From contig OZ253442.1 in assembly GCA_965261085.1 (NCBI GenBank), positions 2,240,001 to 2,304,000 of the forward strand: a stretch of DNA of 64,000 nucleotides. Reading direction: 5' to 3'. Source of the DNA: a bacterium. GTDB lineage: Bacteria; UBA8248. The translations under genes and the position numbers were made by a program. The notes under the pieces are model-generated. The model searched no databases. It was given only the letters and a program-made list of their open reading frames with translations, and had not been told where the DNA came from. Positions 9,667 to 19,963 of this stretch are shown here, one piece after another; positions within the stretch are counted from its first letter, which is position 1, and each line of letters starts with the position of its first letter.

Positions 9667-10172
9667 GCCAAAAGGCGCGCGCCTTTATCGGCGCAGGCGC
9701 CAACCTGGGCGAGCCGGTTCGCCAGATTCGGCAGGCGATAGATGCGTTGCAAAAAATCCCGGGAGTGGGGCTTCTGGGCGCGTCGTCTTTCTATCGCACG
9801 CAGCCCATGGGTCCTATCGCGCAGCCTCCCTTCGTCAATGCCGTTTTTTCGCTCGAATGCGGGATTAGCGCCCAGGAGTTGCTCGCTCTCCTTCTGAGCG
9901 TGGAAGAAAAAATGGGACGCATAAGAAGGGAACGGTGGGGCCCTCGGGTGATCGACCTGGATTTGCTCTTCTTTGATGAGGCGATCATCAGCGAGCAGGG
10001 TCTGGAAGTGCCGCATCCCCGGTTGCATGAGAGGCGCTTTGTGCTGACTCCGTTGGTCGAAATAGCGCCCGATGTCGTTCATCCCGTCCTAAAAAAGTCC
10101 GCTTTCGATTTACTGGCCGCTCTTCCTGCAGAGGGCCCCTGGGTCGAGAAATTGCAACAACAAGAAAAATAA
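9663..10172 (+). CDS. folK: 2-amino-4-hydroxy-6-hydroxymethyldihydropteridine diphosphokinase
   Basis: [17 protein letters not shown] and [12 protein letters not shown] motifs. Confidence 0.96.
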   Translation: MSQKARAFIGAGANLGEPVRQIRQAIDALQKIPGVGLLGASSFYRTQPMGPIAQPPFVNAVFSLECGISAQELLALLLSVEEKMGRIRRERWGPRVIDLDLLFFDEAIISEQGLEVPHPRLHERRFVLTPLVEIAPDVVHPVLKKSAFDLLAALPAEGPWVEKLQQQEK

Positions 10173-10299
10173 GGTCTTCGACATCATGACCAAAGTGAGA
10201 CCTTGTTTTTCTCCTCTTGTCTTTCCCTCTGAATTTTTGAGATGATGTTCCTCCGCCGCCCCCTCTGATGTCAGTGGTTGATTTTCCCAGAGATTTCGC

Positions 10300-11154
10300 A
10301 TGAAAGTTGTCGATACGCCTCAAAAAATGCGTGAACTGGCCGAAATGCTCAGGCGAGATAGTGCGCCGCTCGGTTTGGCGCCGACGATGGGAGCGCTGCA
10401 CGAGGGGCACAGAAGCCTGATAGTTCGGGCAATGGATGAGTGTGGCGCCGTGGTCGTGAGCATTTTTGTGAACCCGGCCCAATTCACTCCCGGTGAGGAT
10501 TATCAGACCTATCCGCGAACCTTCGAGGCGGATCTGCAAGTTTGCCGGGAGATGGGTGTTTATTCCGTCTATGCGCCCAAAGCGGGCTCCATGTACCCCA
10601 ATGGATATGACACCTGGGTGGACGTGCCGGGCTTGGGCGCGCCTCTTTGCGGCGGCCACCGGCCGGGACATTTTCAGGGTGTCGCCACGGTCGTACTCAA
10701 ACTGTTCTCCGCTTGCCTTCCGCACCGGGCGTATTTTGGGGAAAAAGATTACCAGCAACTTGTTTTAATCGAGCGCATGGCCCATGACTTGAATATCGGA
10801 GTCGAGATTGTTCCTTGCCCGATAGTCCGCGAAGACGACGGGGTGGCCTTGAGCAGTAGAAACGCCTATTTATCGGATGAGGAGCGATTGCGCGCGCGTT
10901 CCATCAGCGGCGCCTTGTTCCATGCGCAAAAGATGGTGGCGACCGGGGAGAGACTCTCTTCCACTATTATAGATGCCTGCGTGGATGAGTTGGAGAAAGT
11001 CGATGCAAGGGTCGATTATGTGCAAATCGTAGACCCGGCGACGCTCGAAAAAGCAGAAAAAATCAACGGTGTTGCGAGAATGGCCATTGCGGCCCATATC
11101 GGTAAGACCAGACTGATCGACAACATCTCATTGGAGCCTCACGATGAGGCGTAG
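10300..11154 (+). CDS. panC: pantoate--beta-alanine ligase
   Basis: PTMGALHEGH, SIFVNPAQF, FGEKDYQQ, ALSSRN and TRLIDN motifs. Confidence 0.97.
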   Translation: MKVVDTPQKMRELAEMLRRDSAPLGLAPTMGALHEGHRSLIVRAMDECGAVVVSIFVNPAQFTPGEDYQTYPRTFEADLQVCREMGVYSVYAPKAGSMYPNGYDTWVDVPGLGAPLCGGHRPGHFQGVATVVLKLFSACLPHRAYFGEKDYQQLVLIERMAHDLNIGVEIVPCPIVREDDGVALSSRNAYLSDEERLRARSISGALFHAQKMVATGERLSSTIIDACVDELEKVDARVDYVQIVDPATLEKAEKINGVARMAIAAHIGKTRLIDNISLEPHDEA

Positions 11155-13807
11155 ATTCTATTTTCTTACGTTGTCCGTTCTATTGGGGTTTGTATTCTCG
11201 CCATTCGCCACAGTCGAGGGCCAATTCAAAGAAAGCCCGCAGTCCCATCTCGAATTTGGATTGAATACCTACCAGGATGGATTTCTTGAGCCTGCGATAG
11301 ATGCCTTCAGAGCCTATCTCAAAGGAATCGGGAAAGGTAAAGAGGTTCCGATCGTGCGTTATCTGCTCGCCGATGCGCTGCGTCGTGAGGACCGACTCAA
11401 AGAGGCGATTGCGGCGTATCAAGGGTTCTTGAGCCGATATCCCCGCCACGCAAGGGCCGGTGAAGTTCAGTTTCGCATCGGAGTGCTCGCAGAGAGGATC
11501 GGCAATAGAAAAGAGGCGATACGCGCTTATTCTTCCGTAAAGCCCGGGCGCTACCGAATAGAGGCGCTCTACAGGGTTGCCGCGCTTAGGCTGGCGATGC
11601 GCGAGTGGCGAGGCGCGGTCGTTGCGCTTGATAAATTCATCAAGTCCGCGTCCAAGGACCCACGTGTGGAAGATGCCCTATTCGAGCGCGCCATTGCCCT
11701 GGACCGGATACCGCGAATCAGGGAAGCCGAGGCGGCTTATCAACTGGTCGTGCGCCGGTTTCCCAAAAACCCGCGGGTACATGCCTTCTCGTTGCGACTC
11801 GCAAAAATACAATTGGAACTCAATAAGTTTGCCTCGGCTGAGAAGACCTTTGACTCTTTATTTCAGGGACATCCCGGAGAGAAAAAACGCACTGACTTGA
11901 GACTGGCGCAAGCCGCGAGTTTATTTGCGCAAAAGAAATACTTGAAGGCAGGCGCTGCCTTTGAAGCCGTTTTGGGAATGAGGCTTTCAAACTCACAACG
12001 CATATCGGCGGAGCGAGGCTTGGCGTCCTCCTGGTGGCGCGCCGGTGAATACGAGAAGGCCGCACCGGCCTATCAGCGGTTGATTCGCAATCCGGCCAAG
12101 GATGGCGCCTACCTCTTGTATTTCTTGCAAAGCGTGGAAAAAGCAGGGCTTTGTGTGGAGAGAGGCGAAAAATATCTCGTTTTTGCGCTTGATGTTATCG
12201 GCAAAGGAGCGCCATTTCCTTCTTCTTCTCGCTTTCAGATGGCGGATTGCCTGTTGAATGCGGGTTTAAAAAAAGAGGCGATGAGTCAATATCACGAGCT
12301 TATCCGCCGCGTGCCGAATACGCGTGAGGCGATATGGTCCGGGCTGCGGCTGGCAGCCATATCGGAGAAAAACGCCAAGCCAAACGCGGAAGAACTCATC
12401 GGGCGGTACCAGCGGATACTGAAATCATTCAACGAACTCAGGAAATCAGAGGACAAAATCGAGCCCGATATTATGCAAGCCGTCTATCAAGGCGTTTTGC
12501 GGGCGGCGTTTATCCATAATGCCCGAAAAGATTGTGCTCAATCCGTTGCTTTAGTTAAAATAGTTCCCGAACAATATATACCCAAAACCTCGCGCTCAGA
12601 GGTGGCCTTCCTGAGAGCCGAATGCGCATGGGGTGCCGGCGACCTCGACGAAGCGGGAGTTTATTTCAATCAAGTTCTTCTTGGTCAAAAACGCCCCGAT
12701 CTTGTTATTCGGGCGCGGTATCGTCTGGGTGAGTTGTCGGAGAAGCGCGGGAACAAAAAAGAAGCAATAAAGCGTTTTGAGGGTGTGTTGCCACTTCTTT
12801 CCGAAGAATTAAAGCGCGAGACGCGCCTGAAAATTGGCAACCTATATCGTGAGCAAGGGGATTTTCAAAAGGCGCGAGCATTTCTCTTGCCGCTCGCGAG
12901 CGATGAGAAGGTGAGCGTTTCGAGGAGGCTTTCGATCTGGTATTTCCTGGCGCGTAATTCATTCGGCGCGCGAGATTGGAAAGGCGCGGATGAGGCCTTC
13001 GCCTCCTGGTATGCGCTCAAGCCGTCCAATCTCGGGGAGGGGTTCAGACTGTGGGCGTTTGTGCTATTTGAGAGAAAAGACTGCGCTCGCGCGGTGAAAA
13101 TCTCGGGACAGGCGTTGCAAAATGAGAAATTACAAGAGCAGAAGTTGGCGTTACACAGGCATCGGGCGTCGTGTTTTCTCAAAGAAAAGAATTTGAAGGA
13201 ATTCACGGATGCGCTGCACCACATTCTTATCCTTGACCCTCATGATGCCGAAGTGGCTTTAAGGCTGGGGGAAGTGTATGAGAACAAGGGAGATGTCGAC
13301 CAGGCTGCTCAAGCTTACACTTATTTTTTAAGCAAATTTCCCAAAAATGTTAAAGCGAGTATGGTGGCTTTGCGGCTTGGCGCGATTGAGTTGCAGAGAA
13401 AGAAGCCGGAAGCAGCATCGGCGGCTTTTCGAATAGCTTCAAAATCGAATGATGCGAACATTTCTGGTACTGCGTTACTCCAAATCGCAGTGGGCTTTGA
13501 GAGAGAAGGCGAAAAGATCAAGGCGCTTGAGCTCTTTGAGTCGTTGACGCGCTCTGGTGAGAACCATATGGAATGGGTGCGCTCGGCGATTTGGCGTGCC
13601 GCGGCGATTCGTGAATCACGTCGAGAATGGAATAGGGCTATCCGCCATTATCGAAGCATTGCGGCGCTCGAAAATGGGCATGCTTCGGCACGGATGGGAG
13701 AGGAAATCAAGCAAGCGAGAGTGAGAATTCGCCGGCTTGAGTCTTATTTGGCTTCGCTCAAAGAGCGTGAGTGGAAAATGAAAAATCGAAAGCCGCTGCT
13801 TAGATGA
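11144..13807 (+). CDS. large periplasmic tetratricopeptide repeat protein
   Basis: Signal peptide; many BamD/YbgF-like TPR repeats (AYQGFLSRYP, AYQLVVRRFP, AYTYFLSKFP). Confidence 0.85.
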   Translation: MRRRFYFLTLSVLLGFVFSPFATVEGQFKESPQSHLEFGLNTYQDGFLEPAIDAFRAYLKGIGKGKEVPIVRYLLADALRREDRLKEAIAAYQGFLSRYPRHARAGEVQFRIGVLAERIGNRKEAIRAYSSVKPGRYRIEALYRVAALRLAMREWRGAVVALDKFIKSASKDPRVEDALFERAIALDRIPRIREAEAAYQLVVRRFPKNPRVHAFSLRLAKIQLELNKFASAEKTFDSLFQGHPGEKKRTDLRLAQAASLFAQKKYLKAGAAFEAVLGMRLSNSQRISAERGLASSWWRAGEYEKAAPAYQRLIRNPAKDGAYLLYFLQSVEKAGLCVERGEKYLVFALDVIGKGAPFPSSSRFQMADCLLNAGLKKEAMSQYHELIRRVPNTREAIWSGLRLAAISEKNAKPNAEELIGRYQRILKSFNELRKSEDKIEPDIMQAVYQGVLRAAFIHNARKDCAQSVALVKIVPEQYIPKTSRSEVAFLRAECAWGAGDLDEAGVYFNQVLLGQKRPDLVIRARYRLGELSEKRGNKKEAIKRFEGVLPLLSEELKRETRLKIGNLYREQGDFQKARAFLLPLASDEKVSVSRRLSIWYFLARNSFGARDWKGADEAFASWYALKPSNLGEGFRLWAFVLFERKDCARAVKISGQALQNEKLQEQKLALHRHRASCFLKEKNLKEFTDALHHILILDPHDAEVALRLGEVYENKGDVDQAAQAYTYFLSKFPKNVKASMVALRLGAIELQRKKPEAASAAFRIASKSNDANISGTALLQIAVGFEREGEKIKALELFESLTRSGENHMEWVRSAIWRAAAIRESRREWNRAIRHYRSIAALENGHASARMGEEIKQARVRIRRLESYLASLKEREWKMKNRKPLLR

Positions 13808-13814
13808 GGGATGT

Positions 13815-16800
13815 ATGATGCGATTCGCGGCGTTTAATTTCCGGTGCAGGCTTCTCCTTGGCCTGGTGGCCATCTGCTGTGGCTATTGGGGAGCAGAAAG
13901 TATTGCGTGGGCCAAGAATGAAAGCGCCACCCAAGGGAAGCAACTCACCATTTCCTTGCCTGAAGTCGTCGTGGAATCGCCCAATATCGAGCGCCTCATC
14001 GCTGCACGCGTGCGTCCCATTCCTCCCAAGAGATTGGGCGTTCGTCTTCCCGTCGTTTTTGTAGAGCTTGAAACTCGATCGATTCGCCTACCTGCTCGCC
14101 CGATGCCATCCGAAAAAAAGCCGGACCTGGATATGGCGCAAATCCTGAGTGGTTTGTCGGATGACTTTATCGATGAGAGTGAACAATTCAACACGGCGCT
14201 TGCCTATTTGCAAAAAGGCTCGCCCGTAGAGGCGCTCGCCCTTTTCGATGGATTAGCGAAAAAAACGAAGATTCATTTCTGGCGCGCAGCTTCTCTTTTC
14301 TGGGCGGGAGAGGCGCTTCTTGGTTTGAGAAAACCTCAGGAAGCCAGAGAGAGAAGAGAGAGGTTGTTGAACTTGCTGTTGACCGATGGTTTTCGTTACG
14401 TGTCGGCCGCAAGATATGCCCTGGCGCAAGAGCGTTGCGAGGCGCGTGATTATGAAGGGTGCCTCAGCCTGTTGGAAGGGCAGTCGTGGGAAAATGGCGA
14501 ACTCGCCTATGAGGAGGCGTTTTTCCTGAAAAGCTGGGCGCAGGCGAAAATGGGTTCCGTCGATGAAGCGATCGACACATGGACGATGCTTGCGAATGCG
14601 AAGGGACGGCTCGCGTTTCAGGCACTCGTGGCGCTCGGACATCTCTATCTTCAAAGAAAAAATTATACTCAGGCGGAAAAACGCTATGCAGCGGCCGAGG
14701 CGCTCGGTTCAGGGAGAGGTAAGCTCGATAATGTACTGCTGGGAGAAGCGCTTTACGGTCTCGGGTGGGCGCGATTGTTCTTGGGCCGAATCCAGGGAGC
14801 AAAGCGCGCGTTTTCTCTTTTCATGCGTCGTCACCCAAAGCATCTCCTCAGAGTTTTCGTTCAGGCGGGTTTGATTTCAACTGAAATCGAGTCAATCCAA
14901 AAACCTCACGAAAGACTAAATAAGTTAAGAGACCGTCTCCTAGGATTCTCCCGGGTTAATCGCCGAAAAATGCTCTCTGGCGCTTTGCGTCTGCAATTGG
15001 CTTGGAAGTTGTTCCGAATTGGGGTGTATGAAGAAGCATCAATTCTGGCGGGAAAGGTAAGCGATGAGTTCCCTCTCGGCAGAATCTATCGCATAGCGAG
15101 AATTGTAGAGGGTCTTTCTCAATACCATCTTGGCAAAGTCAAGCGCGCGTATGGGATCCTGCGTTTGGGAGCAGATTACCCGCCGGTCTCCGTGCACCGG
15201 CTGGCGGAGCAGGACGCCGCTCGTTCTGCGGCGATGGCGACGGCTTTTGCCGCCTTTCGACTCAGAGATTTTAAGGGCGCTTTGAATGTACTGAAACATT
15301 GGGCTTTCTTGCCGGAAAGAGGATCCGCAATTTCCCCGGATGGTCTGGCCATGTTGTGGTATGGAGAGGCGGCCTTTGAATTAGGTAATCTCGATGAGGC
15401 TGCTCGTGCCTTTCGGGCGGTTGCTAGGCAGACGCCTGAGTATTACCGCGCCTTGGGAGGGCTTGCGTGGGTTCAATATCGGAAGAAGAACTGGAGAAAA
15501 GCAGCCCTCGCCTTCGATCGTGTTTTTGAGCATAAACCGGGCGGTGTCTTGGCGGCGGAAGCTCTCGCCCGCGCGGGAGAGGCTCGCTTCAACCTCAGAA
15601 ACTACGACGGTGCTTTACAATCTTTCGAAAGAATAGAGAAGAAATACAGAGGAAGCGATGTCGCCAAAGAAGCGTTGTACCAGAAGGCGAAATTGTTGTT
15701 CAGGCGTAGTCGTTTCGATGCGGCGGAGAAGAATTTTCATGCTTTTTTGAAGCGTTACCCCAAAAGCAAAACGGTAGCCGAAGTAAAATATAATCTGGCT
15801 TTGATTCCTTTCCGAAAAGGTCAATACTCTTTAGCGCGCAAGAAACTTCTTGGTTTTCTCGAATCACATAGAGATTCCTCCTTAGGGGGCGATGGATATT
15901 TGCGCCTGGCCGACTCATCGTACAACGAAGGGCGCTATAGAGAGGCGAATCGCTTATATCGTTTGATGATGAATAGGTATCCTTCTCACCCGAAATTCTC
16001 AGAAGCCGTCTATGGTCGTTTGCTCAGCCATCTTCAACTCGGTGAGTATGCCAACTTCTTGTCAGGCGCGCGTGAATATATAGACCGATATACGGAGAGC
16101 AACCTGAGTATTTCCCTGGCTTTTCAAATCGGAGAAGTTTTACTCACGCAGAGGAACCGGGTAGAAGCCCTGAAAGCATATAAGGATGTCATAGCACAAT
16201 ATCCGAAGAATGAACTGGCCGCTCATGCCCTGTTGCGAGTGGCGGGCATACATCGCAGCAAAAAAGACATCGATAAGGCTCTTGATTCGTATGAGATTTT
16301 GTTGTCCCAGTATCCGGCGGTCAGTTTCCACGCTGATGGGCTTTTTGGCGTTGGGGAGACCTTGGCCGGCATTGGCCGATGTACAGAGGCGAAGCAGAAA
16401 CTTACGGATTTCTTGGAGGTATATCCAAGCCATGACTATGAAATGCTGGCCCGGTTCGCCTTGGGCCGCTGCATGGTTCGATTGCGAGAATACGATGGGG
16501 CGCTCACTCACCTCAAGACGATCATGAGCAATGAATTCGCCGCAGGCGTGGATTTGCGTAGTCAATCCGCGCTCCTGGTGGCCGAGCTTTATAGGAAGCG
16601 AAAAAAATATGCCGATGCAGAACGCGCGCTGAGCATCGCGGTCGAGTTCGGGGCGCTTGAACTGGCCGCGGAAGCTTTCTTCGCGCACGCGCGGATATCC
16701 TCTGAGCGTAAAGGTCAAAAAGCAGCGGCTGAATACTTGAAGTTGACCTATCGATACCCGGATCAGAAAATATGGGTAGCGCGGGCATTTGGGCGAGCCG

Positions 16801-16952
16801 GTGAACTGTATGAAAAAGCGGGCAATCGCACGCTTGCCCTCCGGATTTATCAGAAGATGAGAAAAGTGGTGGAAGATCCCGCATTTAAGCGAAAAGCTCG
16901 AATCGCCATCAGGCGAATTACGAAACAAATCAAGAAGCGTTCACGGCGATGA
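13815..16952 (+). CDS. large periplasmic tetratricopeptide repeat protein with TonB-box-like N-terminus
   Basis: Signal peptide ending AWA; LPEVVVES shortly after; many TPRs (FLKRYPKS, VIAQYPKN, LTYRYP). Confidence 0.85.
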   Translation: MMRFAAFNFRCRLLLGLVAICCGYWGAESIAWAKNESATQGKQLTISLPEVVVESPNIERLIAARVRPIPPKRLGVRLPVVFVELETRSIRLPARPMPSEKKPDLDMAQILSGLSDDFIDESEQFNTALAYLQKGSPVEALALFDGLAKKTKIHFWRAASLFWAGEALLGLRKPQEARERRERLLNLLLTDGFRYVSAARYALAQERCEARDYEGCLSLLEGQSWENGELAYEEAFFLKSWAQAKMGSVDEAIDTWTMLANAKGRLAFQALVALGHLYLQRKNYTQAEKRYAAAEALGSGRGKLDNVLLGEALYGLGWARLFLGRIQGAKRAFSLFMRRHPKHLLRVFVQAGLISTEIESIQKPHERLNKLRDRLLGFSRVNRRKMLSGALRLQLAWKLFRIGVYEEASILAGKVSDEFPLGRIYRIARIVEGLSQYHLGKVKRAYGILRLGADYPPVSVHRLAEQDAARSAAMATAFAAFRLRDFKGALNVLKHWAFLPERGSAISPDGLAMLWYGEAAFELGNLDEAARAFRAVARQTPEYYRALGGLAWVQYRKKNWRKAALAFDRVFEHKPGGVLAAEALARAGEARFNLRNYDGALQSFERIEKKYRGSDVAKEALYQKAKLLFRRSRFDAAEKNFHAFLKRYPKSKTVAEVKYNLALIPFRKGQYSLARKKLLGFLESHRDSSLGGDGYLRLADSSYNEGRYREANRLYRLMMNRYPSHPKFSEAVYGRLLSHLQLGEYANFLSGAREYIDRYTESNLSISLAFQIGEVLLTQRNRVEALKAYKDVIAQYPKNELAAHALLRVAGIHRSKKDIDKALDSYEILLSQYPAVSFHADGLFGVGETLAGIGRCTEAKQKLTDFLEVYPSHDYEMLARFALGRCMVRLREYDGALTHLKTIMSNEFAAGVDLRSQSALLVAELYRKRKKYADAERALSIAVEFGALELAAEAFFAHARISSERKGQKAAAEYLKLTYRYPDQKIWVARAFGRAGELYEKAGNRTLALRIYQKMRKVVEDPAFKRKARIAIRRITKQIKKRSRR

Positions 16953-16986
16953 AAATTGAAAGCTCCCATTTACTCAAAGGTGCATA

Positions 16987-17589
16987 TTGATGTTCGAATT
17001 TTTGGCCAGAGGCGGGGTGTTGATGATTCCGTTGGGTGTTTGCTCCATCTTGGCCTTGGCCATAATCCTGGAGCGGACCCTGAATCTACGCACCAAGAAA
17101 ATCATTCAACTCGATATTTTGCAGCAAGTCAGAGATCTGGTTGCGGAGAACCAGGTGTCTGACGCCATGACCCTTTGTAGACGCTATCCTTCGGTCATGG
17201 GCAGGATACTGCTCGTTACGATAGCGAATCACGATAGAGAGCGAGAAGAACTCCGCTCCGTCGTGGAGGACGCGGGCAGGCAGGAGGTTACCACGCTCGA
17301 CAGAAACCTAGGCGCCTTGGGAACGATCGCCGCCATATCGCCACTTCTGGGCCTCACTGGCACGGTTTTCGGCATGATTCGCACCTTCGCCATTATCAGC
17401 GAGAAGGGAATCGCTCATCCCAGCCAACTCGCCGGCGGCATCAGCGAGGCCCTTATCACGACGGCGACCGGACTCGTCGTCGCGATACCCACTCTCATTT
17501 TCTACAACTATTTCACGAACAAGGCGGACCGTCTCATCCTGGAAATTGAAAAACACTCTTACCGGGTTGTTGAGACGCTAAAACGGTGA
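16987..17589 (+). CDS. exbB: MotA/TolQ/ExbB proton channel protein
   Basis: PLLGLTGTVFGMIRTF and LAGGISEALITTATGLVVAIP motifs. Confidence 0.92.
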   Translation: MMFEFLARGGVLMIPLGVCSILALAIILERTLNLRTKKIIQLDILQQVRDLVAENQVSDAMTLCRRYPSVMGRILLVTIANHDREREELRSVVEDAGRQEVTTLDRNLGALGTIAAISPLLGLTGTVFGMIRTFAIISEKGIAHPSQLAGGISEALITTATGLVVAIPTLIFYNYFTNKADRLILEIEKHSYRVVETLKR

Positions 17590-17596
17590 GGAAATA

Positions 17597-18022
17597 ATGA
17601 AGTTTCGAGAACTCAGGCGCGTACGAGCAGAACCTGGTATGACAGCCATGATCGATATCATCTTTTTGCTACTCTTGTTCTTTGTCTTGAGTTCTTCATT
17701 TGTTCTGCAACCAGGTGTCAAAGTGGAGTTGCCACGAACTGTCACACAGGAACATCCCGTCCGCAAGGATTTAATCCTCATCATCGCGCGTGATGAAAGA
17801 GTGTTCTTGAATAACGATCAAGTACCCCTTAAATCTCTCTGGGGTCGATTGATAGAAGAGTTGAAAGTCCAGCGAGAGGGCATGATCATCATTCGAGCGG
17901 ACAAGGGAGTGCCTCATGGTTTGGTGGTGCAAGTGATGGACATCGCCAAACAGGCGGGAGCCCTGCGAATGTCGATTGCGACGGCGCCAACGAGGCGGGC
18001 GCAAAAAAAGACGACGAAATAG
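17597..18022 (+). CDS. exbD: biopolymer transporter ExbD/TolR
   Basis: TAMIDIIFLLLLFF (conserved Asp) and IRADKGVPHGLVVQVMD motifs. Confidence 0.93.
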   Translation: MKFRELRRVRAEPGMTAMIDIIFLLLLFFVLSSSFVLQPGVKVELPRTVTQEHPVRKDLILIIARDERVFLNNDQVPLKSLWGRLIEELKVQREGMIIIRADKGVPHGLVVQVMDIAKQAGALRMSIATAPTRRAQKKTTK

Positions 18023-18047
18023 CCCGAAGGAGGCTAGCTCAAATACC

Positions 18048-18887
18048 ATGAGCTTTTCGTTAATTCTGATGTTGTTGATTTCTATCGTGCTCCATATGAG
18101 CCTCGTTGTGCTAGGCCCTGCCATCAAACTGGCGTCGATATTCGCCAAACAGCCCGAGAGAATGGAAGTCGAACTGGTACGCCGTGAGATCCCCATACCA
18201 GAAGCGCTACTGCCGAAGCCGTTGCCCGAAGTTCCCTTGCCGAAACCATTGGATTTGAGCCACATGCTTCAAAAAGAAGGCGCGGCGAAGCGGGACTTGG
18301 ATCTCTCCATGAAAACGAAGCTCGAAGCGCCTGATCCAGGATCGTTGCCTGAGAGCAAGCCGCTACCCGATCCCCCCACTGTGGAAATGCCGGAACCGGT
18401 GCTTACCCCCGGGAAAATACTTCCGGCCGAGATTTCGGAAGCAGGCGGAGGGCTAGAGGAAATCGTTTTGCCGATAGAAGAAAAAATAGGAGAATCAAGG
18501 GGTTTGAAGGGCAGAAAAAAAGTAGCATTTTCGGATTCCATAGCGGACCGGAAAATGTTGGATGAATTGTCGCGCCTGAACTTTTCCCGCCCATCCCAGA
18601 AAAAGAAACGAACCGCCATTGCAGGGCCGGCTGCAAGGCGAAGACTCCTGTTTCAGCCCAAACCCCCCAAGCTTGAGAGGCTCGAAAGCACGACGGAGAT
18701 CGTACTGAAGTTTTGGGTGCTGCCCGACGGCACCGTCGGCCGCGTCATTCCGACTAGAAAGGCGAGCGCTTATCTCGAAGGCCTGGCTTCGAATCACCTG
18801 AAGCGCTGGCGCTTCAGTCCGCTGCCCCCGGGCGCCGGGGACAAGGAGCAATGGGGCGAAATCACCTTCCGTTTTCTCTTGCGCTGA
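18048..18887 (+). CDS. tonB: TonB-like energy transducer
   Basis: N-terminal TM with S-x3-H (ISIVLH), Pro/Glu-rich linker, TonB C-terminal-like domain (FWVLPDGTV...RWRFSP). Confidence 0.8.
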   Translation: MSFSLILMLLISIVLHMSLVVLGPAIKLASIFAKQPERMEVELVRREIPIPEALLPKPLPEVPLPKPLDLSHMLQKEGAAKRDLDLSMKTKLEAPDPGSLPESKPLPDPPTVEMPEPVLTPGKILPAEISEAGGGLEEIVLPIEEKIGESRGLKGRKKVAFSDSIADRKMLDELSRLNFSRPSQKKKRTAIAGPAARRRLLFQPKPPKLERLESTTEIVLKFWVLPDGTVGRVIPTRKASAYLEGLASNHLKRWRFSPLPPGAGDKEQWGEITFRFLLR

Positions 18888-18897
18888 GGAGTGTGTT

Positions 18898-19356
18898 TTG
18901 GAATACGAGGCTACGGGTTTGTTTTACGAGGAACTCGAAGAGGGCAGGGCGTGGAAGACCGCCGCGCGTACGATAGGAGAGTCCGATGTCAACGCCTTCT
19001 CCGCTTTGACGGGTGATTACACCTATCTGCACACCGATGCGGAGGCGGCGGCCAAGACCCCTTTCGGGGAAAGGGTGGGCCATGGGCTGCTCGGGCTTTC
19101 ATTCCTCATGGGTATGGTGACCAGGCTCGGGATAGTCGAGGGGACGGTCGAGGCGTTTTTGGGCTTGGAGTGGCGCTTTCGCGGTCCGATTCGCTTCGGC
19201 GATACGATCGCCGGCGAGGTAGTCGTGAAATCAAGGCGCATCTCCAGCAAGGGCCAGGGGTTGGTGACGCTCGCGCTTAAGCTCTTGAATCAACGCGATG
19301 AGCTCATCCACGAGGGCGACGTCACCATCATGGTGGAGCGAAAGGAAAAAGATTAG
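18898..19356 (+). CDS. MaoC-like (hotdog) dehydratase
   Basis: FSALTGDYTYLHTD...FGERVGHG and FRGPIRFGDTI motifs. Confidence 0.88.
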   Translation: MEYEATGLFYEELEEGRAWKTAARTIGESDVNAFSALTGDYTYLHTDAEAAAKTPFGERVGHGLLGLSFLMGMVTRLGIVEGTVEAFLGLEWRFRGPIRFGDTIAGEVVVKSRRISSKGQGLVTLALKLLNQRDELIHEGDVTIMVERKEKD

Positions 19357-19460
19357 ATTGTATATCCCGTTTATTATCAGCTAGTTATGATGCCTATCCG
19401 TATGTTCTGCTAGAATCTCGATCGTGCACGGTTCCCTCCTGTTTTCCCGCGATCTTTTTG

Positions 19461-19600
19461 CAGAAATTTATCGAAAAACCATGTGAATTTATCGAATTTT
19501 TCAGGAATTCCAAAGCCCCCTAAGGGGCCAAGCCGCTTCGCCACCATACCTCCGCGCCCGTTTCATCCCACCGTCGCAAATGCGGGAAAAAGTGCGCTTC
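19461..19600. repeat. dispersed non-coding repeat, copy 1 (about 140 bp)
   Basis: Aligns with 52778-52915; contains AATTTATCGA twice at 21-bp period. Confidence 0.7.
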
Positions 19601-19611
19601 AATGATGGCGG

Positions 19612-19963
19612 TTATCTCGAGGGCGCCGAACGGCTCGTCCATCCGTAGGGCTTGCCCGCCGTGTGCTTCGTTCCGAGCCGTTGATGCGTCTCCTGCCATT
19701 GGAGCTTGACCGATTCCCGGCGCTTTTCCGCAGCCTTGGACAATCGCATGGCGATGTCGACGGCCTCGTCGATATTCTTCTTCTTCACCATGTCCTTCAG
19801 CGCCCGCGCAACCGCGCGCATAAAACGCTGCACTTGTCCGGGTTTCTCGGCAATCCTTTGCTCGTGAACCACCACGCCATGTCCTAGCGGAGAAATGCCG
19901 AAATCCGCGAACATCATAAAGTACCCCGGTTTCCCTTTTCCCTGGCGGGCGCGCACGACGAGA
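19612..19963 (-). pseudogene. fragment of an NMT1/SsuA-type ABC substrate-binding protein
   Basis: FADFGISPLGHGVVVHEQRIAEKPGQVQRFMRAVARAL...GKPYGW resembles the C-terminal half of SsuA/THI5-like binding proteins; no start or N-terminal half. Confidence 0.6.
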
